This document shows, one piece after another, positions 36,168-50,683 of a stretch of 64,000 nucleotides of DNA. The stretch's first letter is position 1. Each line of letters starts with the position of its first letter. Made by a program: the position numbers and the translations under genes. Source of the DNA: Eledone cirrhosa (taxonomy: Eukaryota); the NCBI GenBank assembly GCA_964016885.1, contig OZ024751.1, positions 19,220,001 through 19,284,000 of the forward strand, in the 5' to 3' direction. The notes below the pieces were generated by a model, which was not told the DNA's origin, ran no database searches, and saw only the letters and a program-made list of their open reading frames with translations.

Positions 36168-36822
36168 TGGTGGTGGTGGTGGTGGTGGTGGTGGTGGTGG
36201 TGGTGGTGGTGGTGGTGGTGGTGGTAGACGAGAGGTGAGGAACGGTGGTTGCAGTTGTTGTCATTGTTGTTGTTGGTGGTGGTGGTGGTGGTGGTGGTAG
36301 ACGAGAGGTTGCAGTTGTTGTCGTTGTTGTTGTTGTTGGTGGTGGTGGTGGTGGTGGTGGTGGTGGTGTTGTTATTGTTATTGTTGTTGTTAGTATTATT
36401 ACTGTTGTTACTGTTATTGTTATTGTTATTAATAATGTTGTTATTGTCATTGTTGTTGCTGTTATTGTTTTTGTTAGTGTTGTTATTGTTATTGTTGTTG
36501 CTGTTATTGTTTTTGTTAGTATTATTGTTGTTGTTGCTGTTATTGTTTTTGTTAGTGTTGTTATTGTTATTGTTGTTGCTGTTATTGTTTTTGTTAGTGT
36601 TGTTATTGTTATTGTTGTTGCTGTTATTGTTTTTGTTAGTGTTGTTATTGTTATTGTTGTTGCTGTTATTGTTTTTGTTAGTGTTGTTATTGTTATTGTT
36701 GTTGCTGTTATTGTTGTTGTTAGTATTATTGTTGTTGTTGCTGTTATTGTTATTGTTGCTGTTATTGTTGTTATTGTTGTTGTTGCTGTTATTGTTGCTG
36801 TTGTTGCTGGTGGTGGTGGTGG
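36168..36822. repeat. (GGT)n/(GTT/ATT)n with a ~42-bp higher-order unit
   Basis: Directly visible. Confidence 0.92.
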
Positions 36823-37398
36823 GGAGAAAGGTGGGGTTTAAGGTCTACAGTGAAGCCACGATTGCTGTAGCGGTGATGAGAGGTAGATGAGTTAATGAGT
36901 GATATTAGATGAGAGTGATGGTGGTAGTAGTGGTAGTAGTGGTAGTAGTGGTGGTGGTGGTGGTGGTGGTGGTGGTGGTAGCGGGACAGGGGGTGAGGGG
37001 ATGTTATTGGTGCTAGTGTCGGTGGAATGGATAAGGTCCAGAGTTTACATTGCTGCTAATAATAGAATGAGGTAGTAAAATAGTAACGTGTTAATGAATT
37101 GTGTGGTGTGGTGTGGTGTGGTGTGGTGTGGTGTGGTGTGGTGTGGTGTGGTGTGGTGTGGTAGAGGTAGCCGAAAAAAGTGTTCTTAGTGCTGTTGTCG
37201 ATATTATAGTTATAGTATAGTATCAAAAGTTTTTATAGCGTATTTCATAGCGTATTTCATAGGATAGATTTATTGTTTGACGATAATAATGTTTGTGTTA
37301 AACCTAGTGGCTGTGAATTGTTTGGTGAAGCCATGGGTTCCTACGATGACGCTGAAGTTTGTGAGTTTTAGGATTGTACGTCTTAGACTTATTTAATA

Positions 37399-38297
37399 CT
37401 AGCAGTAAAGCCCGGCGTTTCTCGGGGTCGCTCAGTAGCTGTGTTAAAGTTACAATGTTAAGTTTCTTTATTGGCTTAAAAACTGTAGTGTCTACTGTGC
37501 AGACTTGCATGTGGTGTTTTTTATTAATATTCCCTCAACCAACAATATGCCTTATGAAGTGAAGAAAACATAACGATAACCCGAATGTTATAACAAAAGA
37601 GGATGCTGGGGATAAAAACTGCACTGGTTATTTATTAACAAAGATCGAAAATGTAAACACTGCAACGCAGAGAAAAACATTAGCGTAACCAAATTATCAG
37701 TTATGTCTGTCTGCACGCCTATATCACCTCTCTGCACGACTATCTGTCTGCACGCCTATATCACCTCTCTGCACGACTGTCTGTCTGCACGCGTATATCA
37801 CCTCTCTGCACGACTGTCTGTCTGCACGCCTAACGACGAAATATTTGCTTGTTTTACGTAGTCTTTAAATAGACTTGTTTTCAAGTAAAAATATTGTTTT
37901 AAAATGCTTTTAAATGGAAATGAAGCAAAACGGAAGCTTAGTGTTCGAACTGATGAATTTTGCAGGTCAATATTTTGCTGGCTTTACAACTGTCTGTTCG
38001 TGTATTGTGTTAATGTCATTTTAAACGCTGAGAAAGCCAGCGTAATTTTTTACGTAAGACGCTCAATGTAAACAGAACAAAGGGAAATAACTGATAACTT
38101 ACGCTCAAAAATCGATACATTATATTCGATTTCGTCACATAGGGTGGGTCAATTTGAAATTTTTTTTTTCCGATGTCTTCGCTAGGGCTCAATGTACAAG
38201 TATAGCAATTTCGGTGCAATTCCGTGAGAGATTCTAAGAGGAGATGTGTGCCAAAAATCGATAGACAGACAGACAACCACAGTTTTATATATATAGA
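37399..38297 (-). mobile_element. Non-autonomous Helitron-like element (~900 bp)
   Basis: Minus strand starts A|TCTATATATATAAAA and ends with the GC-rich hairpin CCCGAGAAACGCCGGG followed by CTAG|T. No target-site duplication; (CTGT)n near the 5' end; internal ~37-bp triplication at 37703-37830. Confidence 0.75.
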
Positions 38298-38627
38298 TTG
38301 AGTTTCTACACAGCAGACTTTTTGCTCTACCTTGATGATGGACCTTCTTATGAAGGAATTATTCCATATATTCAAGTAAATAATTTCATCTATATAACTC
38401 TAGAATTAGAGCGACTAAATATTGCCCTTATTGTAAAAGATAACGTGAAATTGTAGCATATTAATAGAAGTTCCAGCAAACCTACGAAAACCCTTACAAA
38501 TTTAACACATAATATTAGTGAATATAAATCTAGTTTGTCCTCTGATGAAGCGTTGTTTAATCATGGTTTTACTGGGCCCGGTTTCGAACTGTGTAAATAG
38601 AGATAACACACAAACATAAGTATACTT

Positions 38628-38709
<82 letters not shown>

Positions 38710-38776
38710 TTATGTCCCAAAGTTCTGATACCATCAACACTATAAATACAGAGCTGGCATATCTGAGAACTGACTA

Positions 38777-38832
38777 ACTGCCTGATGAGGTCATAGCCAT
38801 TCAATGGCTATCATCGAAATATATATAGCAGT
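38777..38832 (+). ncRNA. Type I hammerhead motif (family F)
   Basis: ACTGC-CTGATGA-GGTC-ATAGCCAT-TCA-ATGGCTAT-CATC-GAAA-TATATATA-GCAGT, followed by AATAAA. Confidence 0.8.
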
Positions 38833-38873
38833 AAATAAAGGATTATGAGTTCATGCAATTGACTTATGTTTCG

Positions 38874-38972
<99 letters not shown>

Positions 38973-39272
38973 TTATATATATGTAATTGCACATTAATAC
39001 ATACATAGAAATACATATACATACAAATTTTGAATACATACATAGATACGATAATACATGCATACATACATATTTACGTACACACATACATACACGCATA
39101 TATATGTGTGAGTGTGTGTGTGTCTGTAAGTATGTGTATACAATATATGCATACATGTAGCCTTGCTTGCATGTAAAGTCTGAGTGAATGAATGACATTG
39201 AAAAGTCAAGAATGCACCATCAACACTTTTGATAAATGGATGAGATAAAACAAGGGACACATGTCTCTCTCG

Positions 39273-39372
<100 letters not shown>

Positions 39373-39584
39373 TTATCTATCTGTTTGTCTATCTCTTTAA
39401 CTCTCTCCACGAAACCCTGTCTCATGTATAAATATAAATATATTTCTCTGTGTGTGTGTATACATATATATATATATGTGTGTGTATGTATATATATATA
39501 TATATATATACGTTTGTGTGTGTGTAACAATCTTTCATTCTCTTTGCGCTTCTATCAATATTTCTCTATCCCTCCCCCGCTATC

Positions 39585-39670
<86 letters not shown>

Positions 39671-39892
39671 TCTCTCTCTCTTTCTCCCTCTGCTTCTTCC
39701 TCTCGGCTGGCTAGCATTTATGTTTGCATCGTGTGTTGTCCATGCCGTGGTTATTGTTGTTATGTTTGTTGTTGTTGTTGTTGTTGTTGTTATGGTTGTT
39801 GTTGTTGTTGTTGTTGTTGTTACTGTTTTGCTTGTTATTGGAATTAAGAGTTTTTTTACTTTAACCTCTTAAGCTTCGCCAACCTTAACGAT

Positions 39893-39952
<60 letters not shown>

Positions 39953-40489
39953 ACACACACACATACACACACAAACACACACTCTCACACACGCATGCAC
40001 CACCCATTACACACACACCACAAGCATACATTTAAAACACTAAAATTCCACACATATACACACACTCACTCATTAAATCAGGTTATAAACACACACATTA
40101 AACATAGTATATACACACCGCACCTACCATATATACACCTAACACACTAAGTATATATCTCAGACCCCCATACATACTAAACACACCATATATACAGCAC
40201 ACTCACACACACACACAAACACACCATATGAACTCTTTTCGCACCATATATACAGCACACACACACACGCACATACACTAAACACACCACATCCACACAT
40301 AAACACACCATATATACAAAACACTGCAAACACACGATTTAATCACCAAACACACCATCTCCACACATAAACACACACTAAACTTACCATATACACTCTT
40401 TACACACCATATATATATATATACAGTCTTACACACTATATATATATATACACTCTTACACACTATATATATATATATATATACACTCT

Positions 40490-41290
40490 TTACACACCAT
40501 ATCCATATAGAAACCCACACTAAACCCACCATATACACACCATATATAAACCCACACTAAACCCACCATATACACACCATATAGAAACCCACACTAAACT
40601 CACCATATACACACCATATAGAAACCCACACTAAACCCACCATATATAAACCCACACTAAACCCACCATATACACACAATATATAAACCCACACTAAATC
40701 CACCATATACACACCATATACACACCATATATATAAACCCACACTAAACCCACCATATACACACCATATATAAACCCACACTAAACCCACCATATACACA
40801 CAACATATAAACCCACACTAAACCCACCATATACACACCATATATAAACCCACACTAAACCCACCATATACACACCATATATAAACCCACACTAAACCCA
40901 CCATATACACACCATATATAAACCCACACTAAACCCACCATATACACACCATATATAAACCCACACTAAACCCACCATATACACACCATATATAAACCCA
41001 CACTAAACCCACCATATACACACCATATATAAACCCACACTAAACCCACCATATACACACCATATATAAACCCACACTGAACCCACCATATACACACCAT
41101 ATATAAACCCACACTAAACCCACCATATACACACCATATATAAACCCACACTAAACCCACCATATACACACCATATATAAACCCACACTAAACCCACCAT
41201 ATACACACCATATATAAACCCACACTAAACCCACCATATACACACCATATATAAACCCACACTAAACCCACCATATACACACCATATACA
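40490..41290. repeat. 37-bp minisatellite (catatataaacccacactaaacccaccatatacacac), ~21 copies
   Basis: Directly visible. Confidence 0.96.
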
Positions 41291-41439
41291 GCAGACACAT
41301 ACCATATCCATACAAACACATCTAGTCACGTCCTCTACCAATCTGGAAAAAACCGTCCTCGCCTGCTGAATTAACTTCCGGTTGACATTTTTTTTTCTGT
41401 GTAACTGAAATGATGTTGTTTTTATTATTGTTGTTGTCG

Positions 41440-41489
<50 letters not shown>

Positions 41490-41492
<3 letters not shown>

Positions 41493-41615
41493 TAATTTAA
41501 TATATCAACTAACATAAGCGCACAGATGCACGCCCATGCCAGCAAATACACAGGTTATGTCATAGTACCTAGGTGGTTCATTTTTTTAAAAAATATTTTC
41601 TTATTTTACGTCCTT

Positions 41616-41617
<2 letters not shown>
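41490..41617. mobile_element. Family E element in (TA)n, internally deleted
   Basis: 41490-41580 is the reverse complement of 55253-55343; one palindrome arm follows directly. Confidence 0.8.
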
Positions 41618-41653
<36 letters not shown>

Positions 41654-41723
41654 ATATATTATTTCTGTATTTTAGATTTTTAATGTTTGTTAGTTCGATA
41701 CTTTATATTGCTTAGTTGTTTAA

Positions 41724-41818
<95 letters not shown>

Positions 41819-41821
41819 GTA

Positions 41822-41868
<47 letters not shown>

Positions 41869-41970
41869 ATATATATATATGTATATATATATATACATAT
41901 ATTTAAATATATATATATACATACATACACATACAAACACGCACACACACATATATATATATATATATAC

Positions 41971-42061
<91 letters not shown>

Positions 42062-42301
42062 TATAAAATAAGTAAGTCAAACATGTAAAATTTGGCTTCG
42101 TTTATTATAAATTATGGATATACTGTTATATATATTTCGGTGACAGCCATTATTTGCTGTGACTTCTTCAGGCAGTCCGAATTGGTGTGGAAAAGACAGG
42201 TACACATGTTGTTGAAGTGTGTTCCTCTCTGTCAATACATCGATATGTCCAGCTCCTGGGTGTGTTGTTAGTCCTCCGAGGAACTGGAATCATATATGAT
42301 T
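42062..42301 (-). mobile_element. Family F element
   Basis: Reverse-complement homolog of 48983-49222; ends just past the palindrome axis aatcatatatgatt. Confidence 0.85.
42122..42176 (-). ncRNA. Type I hammerhead motif (family F)
   Basis: Minus strand reads ACTGC-CTGAAGA-AGTCACAGCAAATAATGGCTGTCACC-GAAA-TATATATA-ACAGT, with several stem mismatches. Confidence 0.7.
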
Positions 42302-43306
42302 GTTGTTGCTATTGTTGGTGGTGGTGGTGGCTTTTGTTGGTGTTGTTGTTGGTGGTGGTGGTGGCTTTTGTTGGTGTTGTTGTTGGTGGTGGTGGTGGTG
42401 GTGGCTTTTGTTGTTGTTGTTGGTGGTGGTCACTTTTGTTTTTGTTGTTGGTGGTGGTGGCTTTTGTTGTTGTTGTTGTTGTTGATGTTGGTGGTGGCTT
42501 TTGTTGTTGTTGTTGGTGGTGGTGGCTTTTGTTGTTGTTGTTGGTGGTGGTGGTGGTGGTGGTGGTGGTGGTGGTGGTGGTGGTGGTGGTGGTGGTGGTG
42601 GTGGTGGCTGTGGTGGTGGTGGTTGTGGTGGTGGTTGTGGTGCAGGAGGAGGAGGTAGTATGGAAGAGAGGACTACAGAATCTATTTCACCATTACATTT
42701 CACTACTGCTGTTGGTGGTGCTGTTGCTGTCGTTTCTATTACTGCTGCTGCTGCTGTTGCTGCTGCTGCAGTAGCCATAATTGTTTTTTGTTGTTTGCTG
42801 TACTTGTTGGTTAAAGAACGGATGTTGTTGGTTTTGTTATTGTTGCTGTTGTTTTATTGTTGATAATATTGTTGCTAATGGTGGAGGTGATGATGATGAG
42901 GAGGAGGGGTGGGTGGAGGGGGAGTAGGAGGAGGCGGATGAGGAATGGGAGGGGGTGAATGGGAGGGGTAGTAATAGTAGTAGTAGTAGTACTAGGAAGA
43001 GGAGGAGGAGGAGGGGGGGCAAAGTAGGCGGGTAGTAGTAGTAGTAGTAATAGTAGTAGTAGTAGTAGTAGTAGTAGGAGAAGGAGGAAGAGAAAGCGGG
43101 AGGTTATTATTAACTTTATAATTATTATTATCAGTAGTAGTATTGTTGTTGTTGTTGTTGTTGCTGTTGTTGATATTGTTATTATTGATATAGTTGTTGT
43201 TGTTGTTGTTGTTGTTGTTTGGGATGATGAAGAAAGGTCTGGGGATGGGGATTATGACGATGAAGATGATAATTGTGGTGGTGATGGTGATAAAGATGAT
43301 GACGAC

Positions 43307-43343
<37 letters not shown>

Positions 43344-43750
43344 CTGCTGGTGACGATAAAGATGATGATGATAACGATGATGATGATAGTGATGATGGCA
43401 ATGAAGATGATGATGGTGATGACGATGATAATAATGAAGATGATGATGGTGATGATGATAATGATGACGATAGTGATAAAGATGATTATGGTGATGGTGT
43501 TGAAGGTAATGATGATGGTGATAAAAATGATGATGATGATGATGATGATGATGATGGTGATGAAGAAGATTAGGTGATGGTGATGAAGGTAATGGTGATG
43601 ATGATGATGGTGATGAAGAAGATTAGGTGATGGTGATGAAGGTAATGATGATGATGATGATGATGATGGTGATAAAGATGGTGATGATGGTGGTGGGGAC
43701 AATAGTGATCATGGCCATATGGATGAGGATGATGGTTATCATGATCCTGA
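42300..43750. repeat. Mixed trinucleotide repeats (GGT, GTT, AGT, GAT)
   Basis: Directly visible. Confidence 0.92.
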
Positions 43751-44256
43751 TGACAATCTTTCAATGTTGTTGTGGCGGCTGCTGGTGTTCCATTTTACAA
43801 AGTAATGTTTCGAACTTCCGCTAACGATAAAACCGGAAGTTGTTCGGTGATCTCACGAATTACTTTCAGAACAACCCTAATCTTTTGTCTGATCAACAAC
43901 GAAACAAAATAAAAATAATAAAAAGGAAAAACAAAAACAAAAACGAATCAACACAAAAAATAATTAAAAAAAAAGAAAAAGTGAAACAACAAAAAAAAAG
44001 AAAAAGTGAACAAAAAATAAAAAAATATAAAAAAACCGAAACAACGAAAACAAATAATTAAATAATTAAATAATTAAATAAACAAATAAACAAATAAATA
44101 AATATATATATTGAACAACAGCAATAGAATACCTTAAATGTATTAACAGTGGAGGACTCGGGTGATAGAGTGTGGTGGATAGTGTAGTTTTACTGTAGTG
44201 AATACCGGGAAACAATTGGTCACATTGTCTTAGTCTCTCTAATGTTGGGTTCATCA

Positions 44257-44335
<79 letters not shown>

Positions 44336-45159
44336 GAGAAAGAGAAAGTGGGCTAGAGAGAATGGAGTGAGTTAGGATAAGAGGGAGAGAAAGGGGAGAG
44401 AGGGGGTGGTGAAAGAAAGTCAATGAGTGAGAGTGAGCAGAGAGAAAGAGAGAGAGAAAAGCGGGTGATATAAAGTGAGAGAACGAGAGAAAAGAGAGAC
44501 TGAGAATGAGAGAGAGAGTGGGAAAGAAAGAAAGAAGTAGAGCGGAGAGAGAGAGAGAAGGAGAGTGTAGAGCCAGACAGACAAACAAACAGAAACAGGT
44601 AGATAGAGACATAGGTAGGCAGGCATAGAGACTAAGAGAAAGAGACAGTGGCAGACAGGCAGACAGGCAGACAGAAAGCGTGAGGCGGGCAGAGAGACAA
44701 ACAGAAAGACAAAGACAGAGAGACAAAGACAGAGAGACAAACAGAGAGACAGACAGGCATGACCAATTAAGAAGCTGTACTCTAAGTGTGCAATATGTAG
44801 ACACTAGTAAAATAAGAAAATACAACCAAAGATCATAAACAGCTAATTTGAAACTGACACTTAAAAAATCAAATATATATAAAGCAAAACAAAAATCAAA
44901 CAAAATGACCCTCTTCACAATATTCTGGTATATCTGCCTATATAAACTGATAGGGGACATTAATGGTATCTAATACAGACATCATTGTTAAGGGCACGGT
45001 TTGTAAAAAGAAGGGTCTCTTTATCAAGATATATCTCTCTCATCAGTCCTCTTCTTTGACCTGAAACATCGATCGGAAGGACGTAAAAGTTAACTATGGA
45101 AACAAAGACGTTGACAATAGTGATAAACATTGAAAGCAAGTTTGCAGCTTCCATCATTG

Positions 45160-45417
45160 CTCTTGTTGTTGTTGTTGTTGTTGTTGTGGTGGTGGTGGTG
45201 GATGTTAATTGTTCTTGTAGATGATGATGATGATGATGGTGATGGTGGTGTTTGTAGTTGTAGTGGTGGTGGTATTATTGTTGTTGTTGGTGGTGGTGGT
45301 GGTAGTTGTGATAGTGGTGTTTTTGTTGTAGTGGTGGTGATGGTGGTGATAGTGGGGTGGTTGTGGTGATGGTGGTTGTGGTAGTAGTGGTGATGGTGGT
45401 TGTAGTAGTAGTGTTGG

Positions 45418-45448
<31 letters not shown>

Positions 45449-46265
45449 GGTGGTAGTGGTGGTGGTAGTGGGGTGGTTGTGGTGATGGTGGTTGTCGTGG
45501 TGATGGTGGTTGTAGTAGTAGTGGTGGTGGTGGTGGTGATGGTAGTGGGGTGGTTGTGCTGATGGTGGTTTTCGTAGTGATGGTGGTTGTAGTAGTAGGG
45601 CTGGTGGTGGTGGTAGTTGCAGTGGTAGTGGTGTTATTGTTGTTGTTGGCGGTGGCAGTTGTGATAGTGGTGTTTTTGTAGTGGTGGTGGTTGTGGTGGT
45701 GGTGGTGATAGTGGGGTGGTTGTGGTAGTAGTAGTGATGGTGGTTGTAGTAGTTGTGCTGCTGGTGGTGGTGTGGTGGTTGTAGTGGTGAGTGTGGTGGT
45801 TGTAGTGGTTGTCGTGGTGATGGTGGTTGTAGTAGTTCTGCTGGTGGTGGTGGTGGTGGTGTGGTGGTTGTAGTGGTGGGTGTGGTGGTGATGGTTGTAG
45901 GAGTGATTGTGGTTGTAGTGGTGGTGGTAGTCGTAGTCGTCGTCGTTGCATTGCTGTTGTTGTTGATGTTGATGTTGCTTTTGAAGTTGAGGTGGTTGAT
46001 GTATTTGTTGGTAGTAGTCGTGATGGTGGCGGTGTTGTTGGTGGTGGTAGTGGTGGTGGTGGTGGTTTCATTACTGCTGTTGTAGTTGTTGTCCTTGGTA
46101 GTGGAGTGATGGTAGTGTTGATGTTGTTCTTCTTGTTCGTGGTGGTAGTGATAGTGGTAGTTGTAGTAGTTGTAGTAGTGGTAGTTGTCGCGGTCGTCGT
46201 CGTCGTCGGAGCTGGTGGGAAGCATCGGTGGTGTTGGTGACAGTGATGGCAGCAGTGGTTGTGGT
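45160..46265. repeat. (GGT/AGT)n low-complexity region
   Basis: Directly visible. Confidence 0.92.
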
Positions 46266-46713
46266 GATGTTTCAGAAAATCTATGACCGAAGTCGTTTCA
46301 CCGACCCTACAATGGGGCCCAGGTTTGTTGAACCCTCGTTGTGGACCCTGGAAACTGATCACTAATCTCTGATATCGATCAGGAGAACGGCAACAACATG
46401 AGACCATTCCATATCCAAAAGGAAGACATCTGCCATCGTGTCGTTTGTTCTTTCTTTTTGTTTTAACTTTTTCTCCTTTGTTTCTGACAGTATATATGGA
46501 CCCGTGGGGGTAATCTGACGGAGCCTATCTCCTCTCCAGGTCTGAATACAGCAGATTATTTCAAGAGAAGGATAGAGGGAGTGAGAGAATGGAAGTGAGA
46601 AAGAGATATGGAGGAAGAATCAACCCCAGTACTAAACTGGTACTAGACTCAACCGTGAATGGATGAACGGCAAAGTTGATCTCGGCGGTGGGATATGAAC
46701 TGAGAGAGTACAG

Positions 46714-46920
<207 letters not shown>

Positions 46921-46925
46921 TCAAC

Positions 46926-47037
46926 AATAATTGTTTCTACTTTTGGCACAAGGCCAGCAATTACCCAGTGCATTACTGGTACTTTATTTTATCGACCCTG
47001 TAAGGATGAAAGGCAAAGTTAACCTCGGCAGGATTTG
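46926..47037 (-). mobile_element. 5'-truncated SINE; a second fragment lies at 46620-46705
   Basis: ggcacaaggccagcaatt...aaggatgaaaggcaaagttaacctcggcaggatttg. Confidence 0.85.
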
Positions 47038-47396
47038 CAGCAACAACAACATTAACAGTAACAAAAACAACAACATTAGCATCAACAACATCAACAACGG
47101 CAACAACTAGACCGAAAACAACAACAACAACAACAACAGCAACAGCAACAACTAAACGAACAGCAACAATAACAAAAACAACGGCATCAACAATGAAAAA
47201 CAACAACACCAGTAACAATAAATAACTGCAGCAACAACAGGAATAATAAAAAACAATAACAACGGCAACAACAACACCAACAACAACGACAACAACATCA
47301 ACATAACAACAACATCAATAACAACAACAGCAACATAACAACAACAACAAGATGAACAATAACAACAACAGCATCAACAATAAAAAGAACAACACC

Positions 47397-47437
<41 letters not shown>

Positions 47438-47557
47438 GATAACAACTTGACAAGTTAGTCAATCCTTCATGACACGATTGTACGAAATATTTCCATTAGT
47501 GGCTTGGTCTGTGTTTTAACGACTCCATCTTATCATATAACTTGTGCGCTGCATACA

Positions 47558-47631
<74 letters not shown>

Positions 47632-47848
47632 TATATATATATATATGTAACTATATATATATATATATATATAGTATTGCATATATGCACATATATATGC
47701 ACACATACACGTACAATAATACACATACATGCACATGTGCATTCATAGACATGTGCATGTATATATATACATTAATATAAATCATATATATATATTTATA
47801 CATACTTATATATATATATATGTATATATATTTATATATATATATATT

Positions 47849-47971
<123 letters not shown>

Positions 47972-48102
47972 TTATACGTATACTGGATTACATGGACAGG
48001 CGCGTGCACACATATATACACGTGCATATCTATATGCAAATATACACGCTTATATATACATGCATATGCAAACACGCACACACACACACACATGCACACA
48101 CT

Positions 48103-48134
<32 letters not shown>

Positions 48135-48371
48135 CGTTAGCCAGTATATAAACACACGCACATACATATATATATATATATACGTTAGCCAGTATATAAA
48201 CACACACGCACATACATATATGCACATAATCAAACTACATATTTCCCCTTAGTACATACGCACACAAATAAAATCCTATTACACACTTCTAAGCAGATTT
48301 ACACGCATACACACATATACACCGACATATAAACATACGCACCGACAGACACACACGCGCGCGCGCGCGCG

Positions 48372-48402
<31 letters not shown>

Positions 48403-48548
48403 TGACACACATATAAACATACATGTGTTATCAAATGGACATGCAGCCGTATACAAGTGTGTCGATGAAATACCAACGCATAAATATACACACAAATATA
48501 CAACTACGTTCAAATATATACACATACACCCATGTATTTAAATATTTA

Positions 48549-48617
<69 letters not shown>

Positions 48618-48651
48618 TTATATATATGGATATGTTTGTCTGTGTATAAAG

Positions 48652-48736
48652 AGTAGTGTGCTCATGCGCGGAGATGTTATGAAAATTCTTTTAAATTAAG
48701 CTACTTTATAGCATCACCACGCATGAGCACACCACT
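48652..48736. other. ~85-nt imperfect hairpin
   Basis: GTGTGCTCATGCG.GG.GATGTTAT pairs with ATAGCATC.CC.CGCATGAGCACAC. Confidence 0.7.
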
Positions 48737-48800
48737 TTTTATATTAACTTTACCCCCTTAGCGCTACGTAAAAGTCCGAGAGATCCGTTACGCATATATA

Positions 48801-48879
<79 letters not shown>

Positions 48880-48883
<4 letters not shown>

Positions 48884-48945
48884 AAGTATGACCCCGACGG
48901 CAGAGCTCAAACCTTTTCGACGGCTATTTCTGGACTAAATTAGAA
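48880..48945. mobile_element. Family B single arm abutting a family F element
   Basis: gaaaaagtatgaccccgacggcagagctc...tttcgacggctatttctggact matches 12906-12962. Confidence 0.8.
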
Positions 48946-48951
48946 TTTTTA

Positions 48952-49222
48952 GCCTGGTGTTGTTATTTCTCTGGGGAACTGGAATCATATATGATTCCAA
49001 TTCCTCAGAGAAATAACAACACATACCAGGAGCTGGACATATCGATGTATTGACGGAGTAAAACACACTTCAACAACATGTGTACCTGTCTTTTCCACAC
49101 CAATTCGGACTGCCTGAAGAGGTCACAGCCAATGATGGCTGTTACCGAAATATATATAGCAGTATATCTATAATTTATAATAAACGAAGCCAAATTTTAC
49201 ATATTTGACTTAATTATTTTAT
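48952..49222 (+). mobile_element. Family F element with a 5' inverted segment
   Basis: Palindrome 48957-49022, then an HHR, AATAAA and (TA)n. Confidence 0.85.
49109..49163 (+). ncRNA. Type I hammerhead ribozyme (family F)
   Basis: ACTGC-CTGAAGA-GGTCACAGCCA-ATGA-TGGCTGTTACC-GAAA-TATATATA-GCAGT. Canonical G-C pair at the base of stem II. Confidence 0.85.
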
Positions 49223-49544
49223 ATATATATATATACATAAAACCATGCCCAAATAAGGAAAATGATCGCACATGCAGTGGGAGCTAGTATAAGAACAACA
49301 TTGAAGAGACATATATATATTCAAACTCAATTTTAAAACTTATATCCGTAAAATCAGCATTGCTGGTGGCGTGGTCAATCTATTTATAGTACGGGCAGGA
49401 GATTCAATGGACGCCTATATAGAGCTCTCCATAGCCCTAAATATCTTCTTACGTTAAGTTGCTGATATTACTATACTAGTAAAGGCCCTTCTCCCACAAA
49501 AAATATTCCGGACCTACAGATAAACAACATGGCGAGCATCCAGT

Positions 49545-49640
49545 AAAAATAGACCCCAGTACTAGGATTTGAACTCAGGGAGAGGAGAGCCGGAACGAAT
49601 ACCACAAAGCATTCTATCTGAGGTTCTAACGATTCTGTTA
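49545..49640 (-). mobile_element. Decayed SINE fragment
   Basis: gaccccagt...ggatttgaactcag...ctaacgattctg. Confidence 0.55.
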
Positions 49641-49819
49641 ATTCTGTTTACATTATTAGTTATCAAATTATTAATTAATTCAATAATTATTCATTTCAAA
49701 GAGTGACTAATCTTAACCTGCAATGCATGCAAAAGCAATGATAGGATTTTCAACCGACTATATGTATATGCATATGTGTGTGTGTGTTTGTGTGTGTGTG
49801 TGTATGTGTGTATGTGTGT

Positions 49820-49910
49820 ATCCCGAGTTCAATCGGGGGTAACCACAGTAAGGTACTCAATACATAGCAGTGTATACATATTCAATATAACCATTTCTAT
49901 ATTAAATATA

Positions 49911-49951
<41 letters not shown>

Positions 49952-50012
49952 AAGGAAGTGTGGTAAGGAACTAGATGGACCATAACGCACCAGAGTACTC
50001 AATACTTAGGGT
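49820..50012 (-). mobile_element. Family A terminus (49820-49875) and family B terminus (49948-50012) separated by (TA)n
   Basis: cccgagttcaatcgggggtaaccacagtaaggtactcaatac; gaaggaagtgtggtaaggaactagatggaccataacgcaccagagtactcaatac. Confidence 0.8.
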
Positions 50013-50023
50013 AAACATTTTCG

Positions 50024-50054
<31 letters not shown>

Positions 50055-50488
50055 TCGTGGTATGTCAAGCGTTAAACTAATATATTTCTGCCATGTACTG
50101 TGCCGTTTGTTTTGTTATTTTTGTTATTTACCTTTACCTTTTATATACATATAGATAGACATATATGTAATACATACATACCTACATACATACACGCACA
50201 TACATACATACATACATACATACATACATACATACATACATACATACATACATCATACGTTTCTTTTATTTCATTATTTTCATCTTAAGTCTGTCCTTAT
50301 AGCGGTGTAGAAACCGTGACTTGATACCACTCAATCTTTTCCATTTTAAATAAGACCCTTCAGTATGTTTGGTAAAGAGAAAAAAATAAAATTGTAGTTC
50401 AATGTCAATACTATTTTACAATAGAATATACACCCATCACCTGTATATATATGAGAATATATAGTTACACATATACATATATTGTTTC

Positions 50489-50535
<47 letters not shown>

Positions 50536-50577
50536 TAATGTACACACACAAACATATATCTATCTATCTCTATGCTT

Positions 50578-50683
<106 letters not shown>

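Noticed and set aside
38535-38600. CTGATGA at 38542 (also 8395, 37950, 62513) as hammerheads
   Set aside because: No properly placed GAAA or closing stems.
40490-41290. Telomere-like TAAACCC motif
   Set aside because: Embedded in a 37-bp unit; not a tandem TTAGGG or TTTAGGG array.
44195-44260. Minus-strand CTGATGA beside (TA)n
   Set aside because: The GAAAC lies on the opposite strand and no consistent three-stem fold was found; possibly a rearranged remnant.
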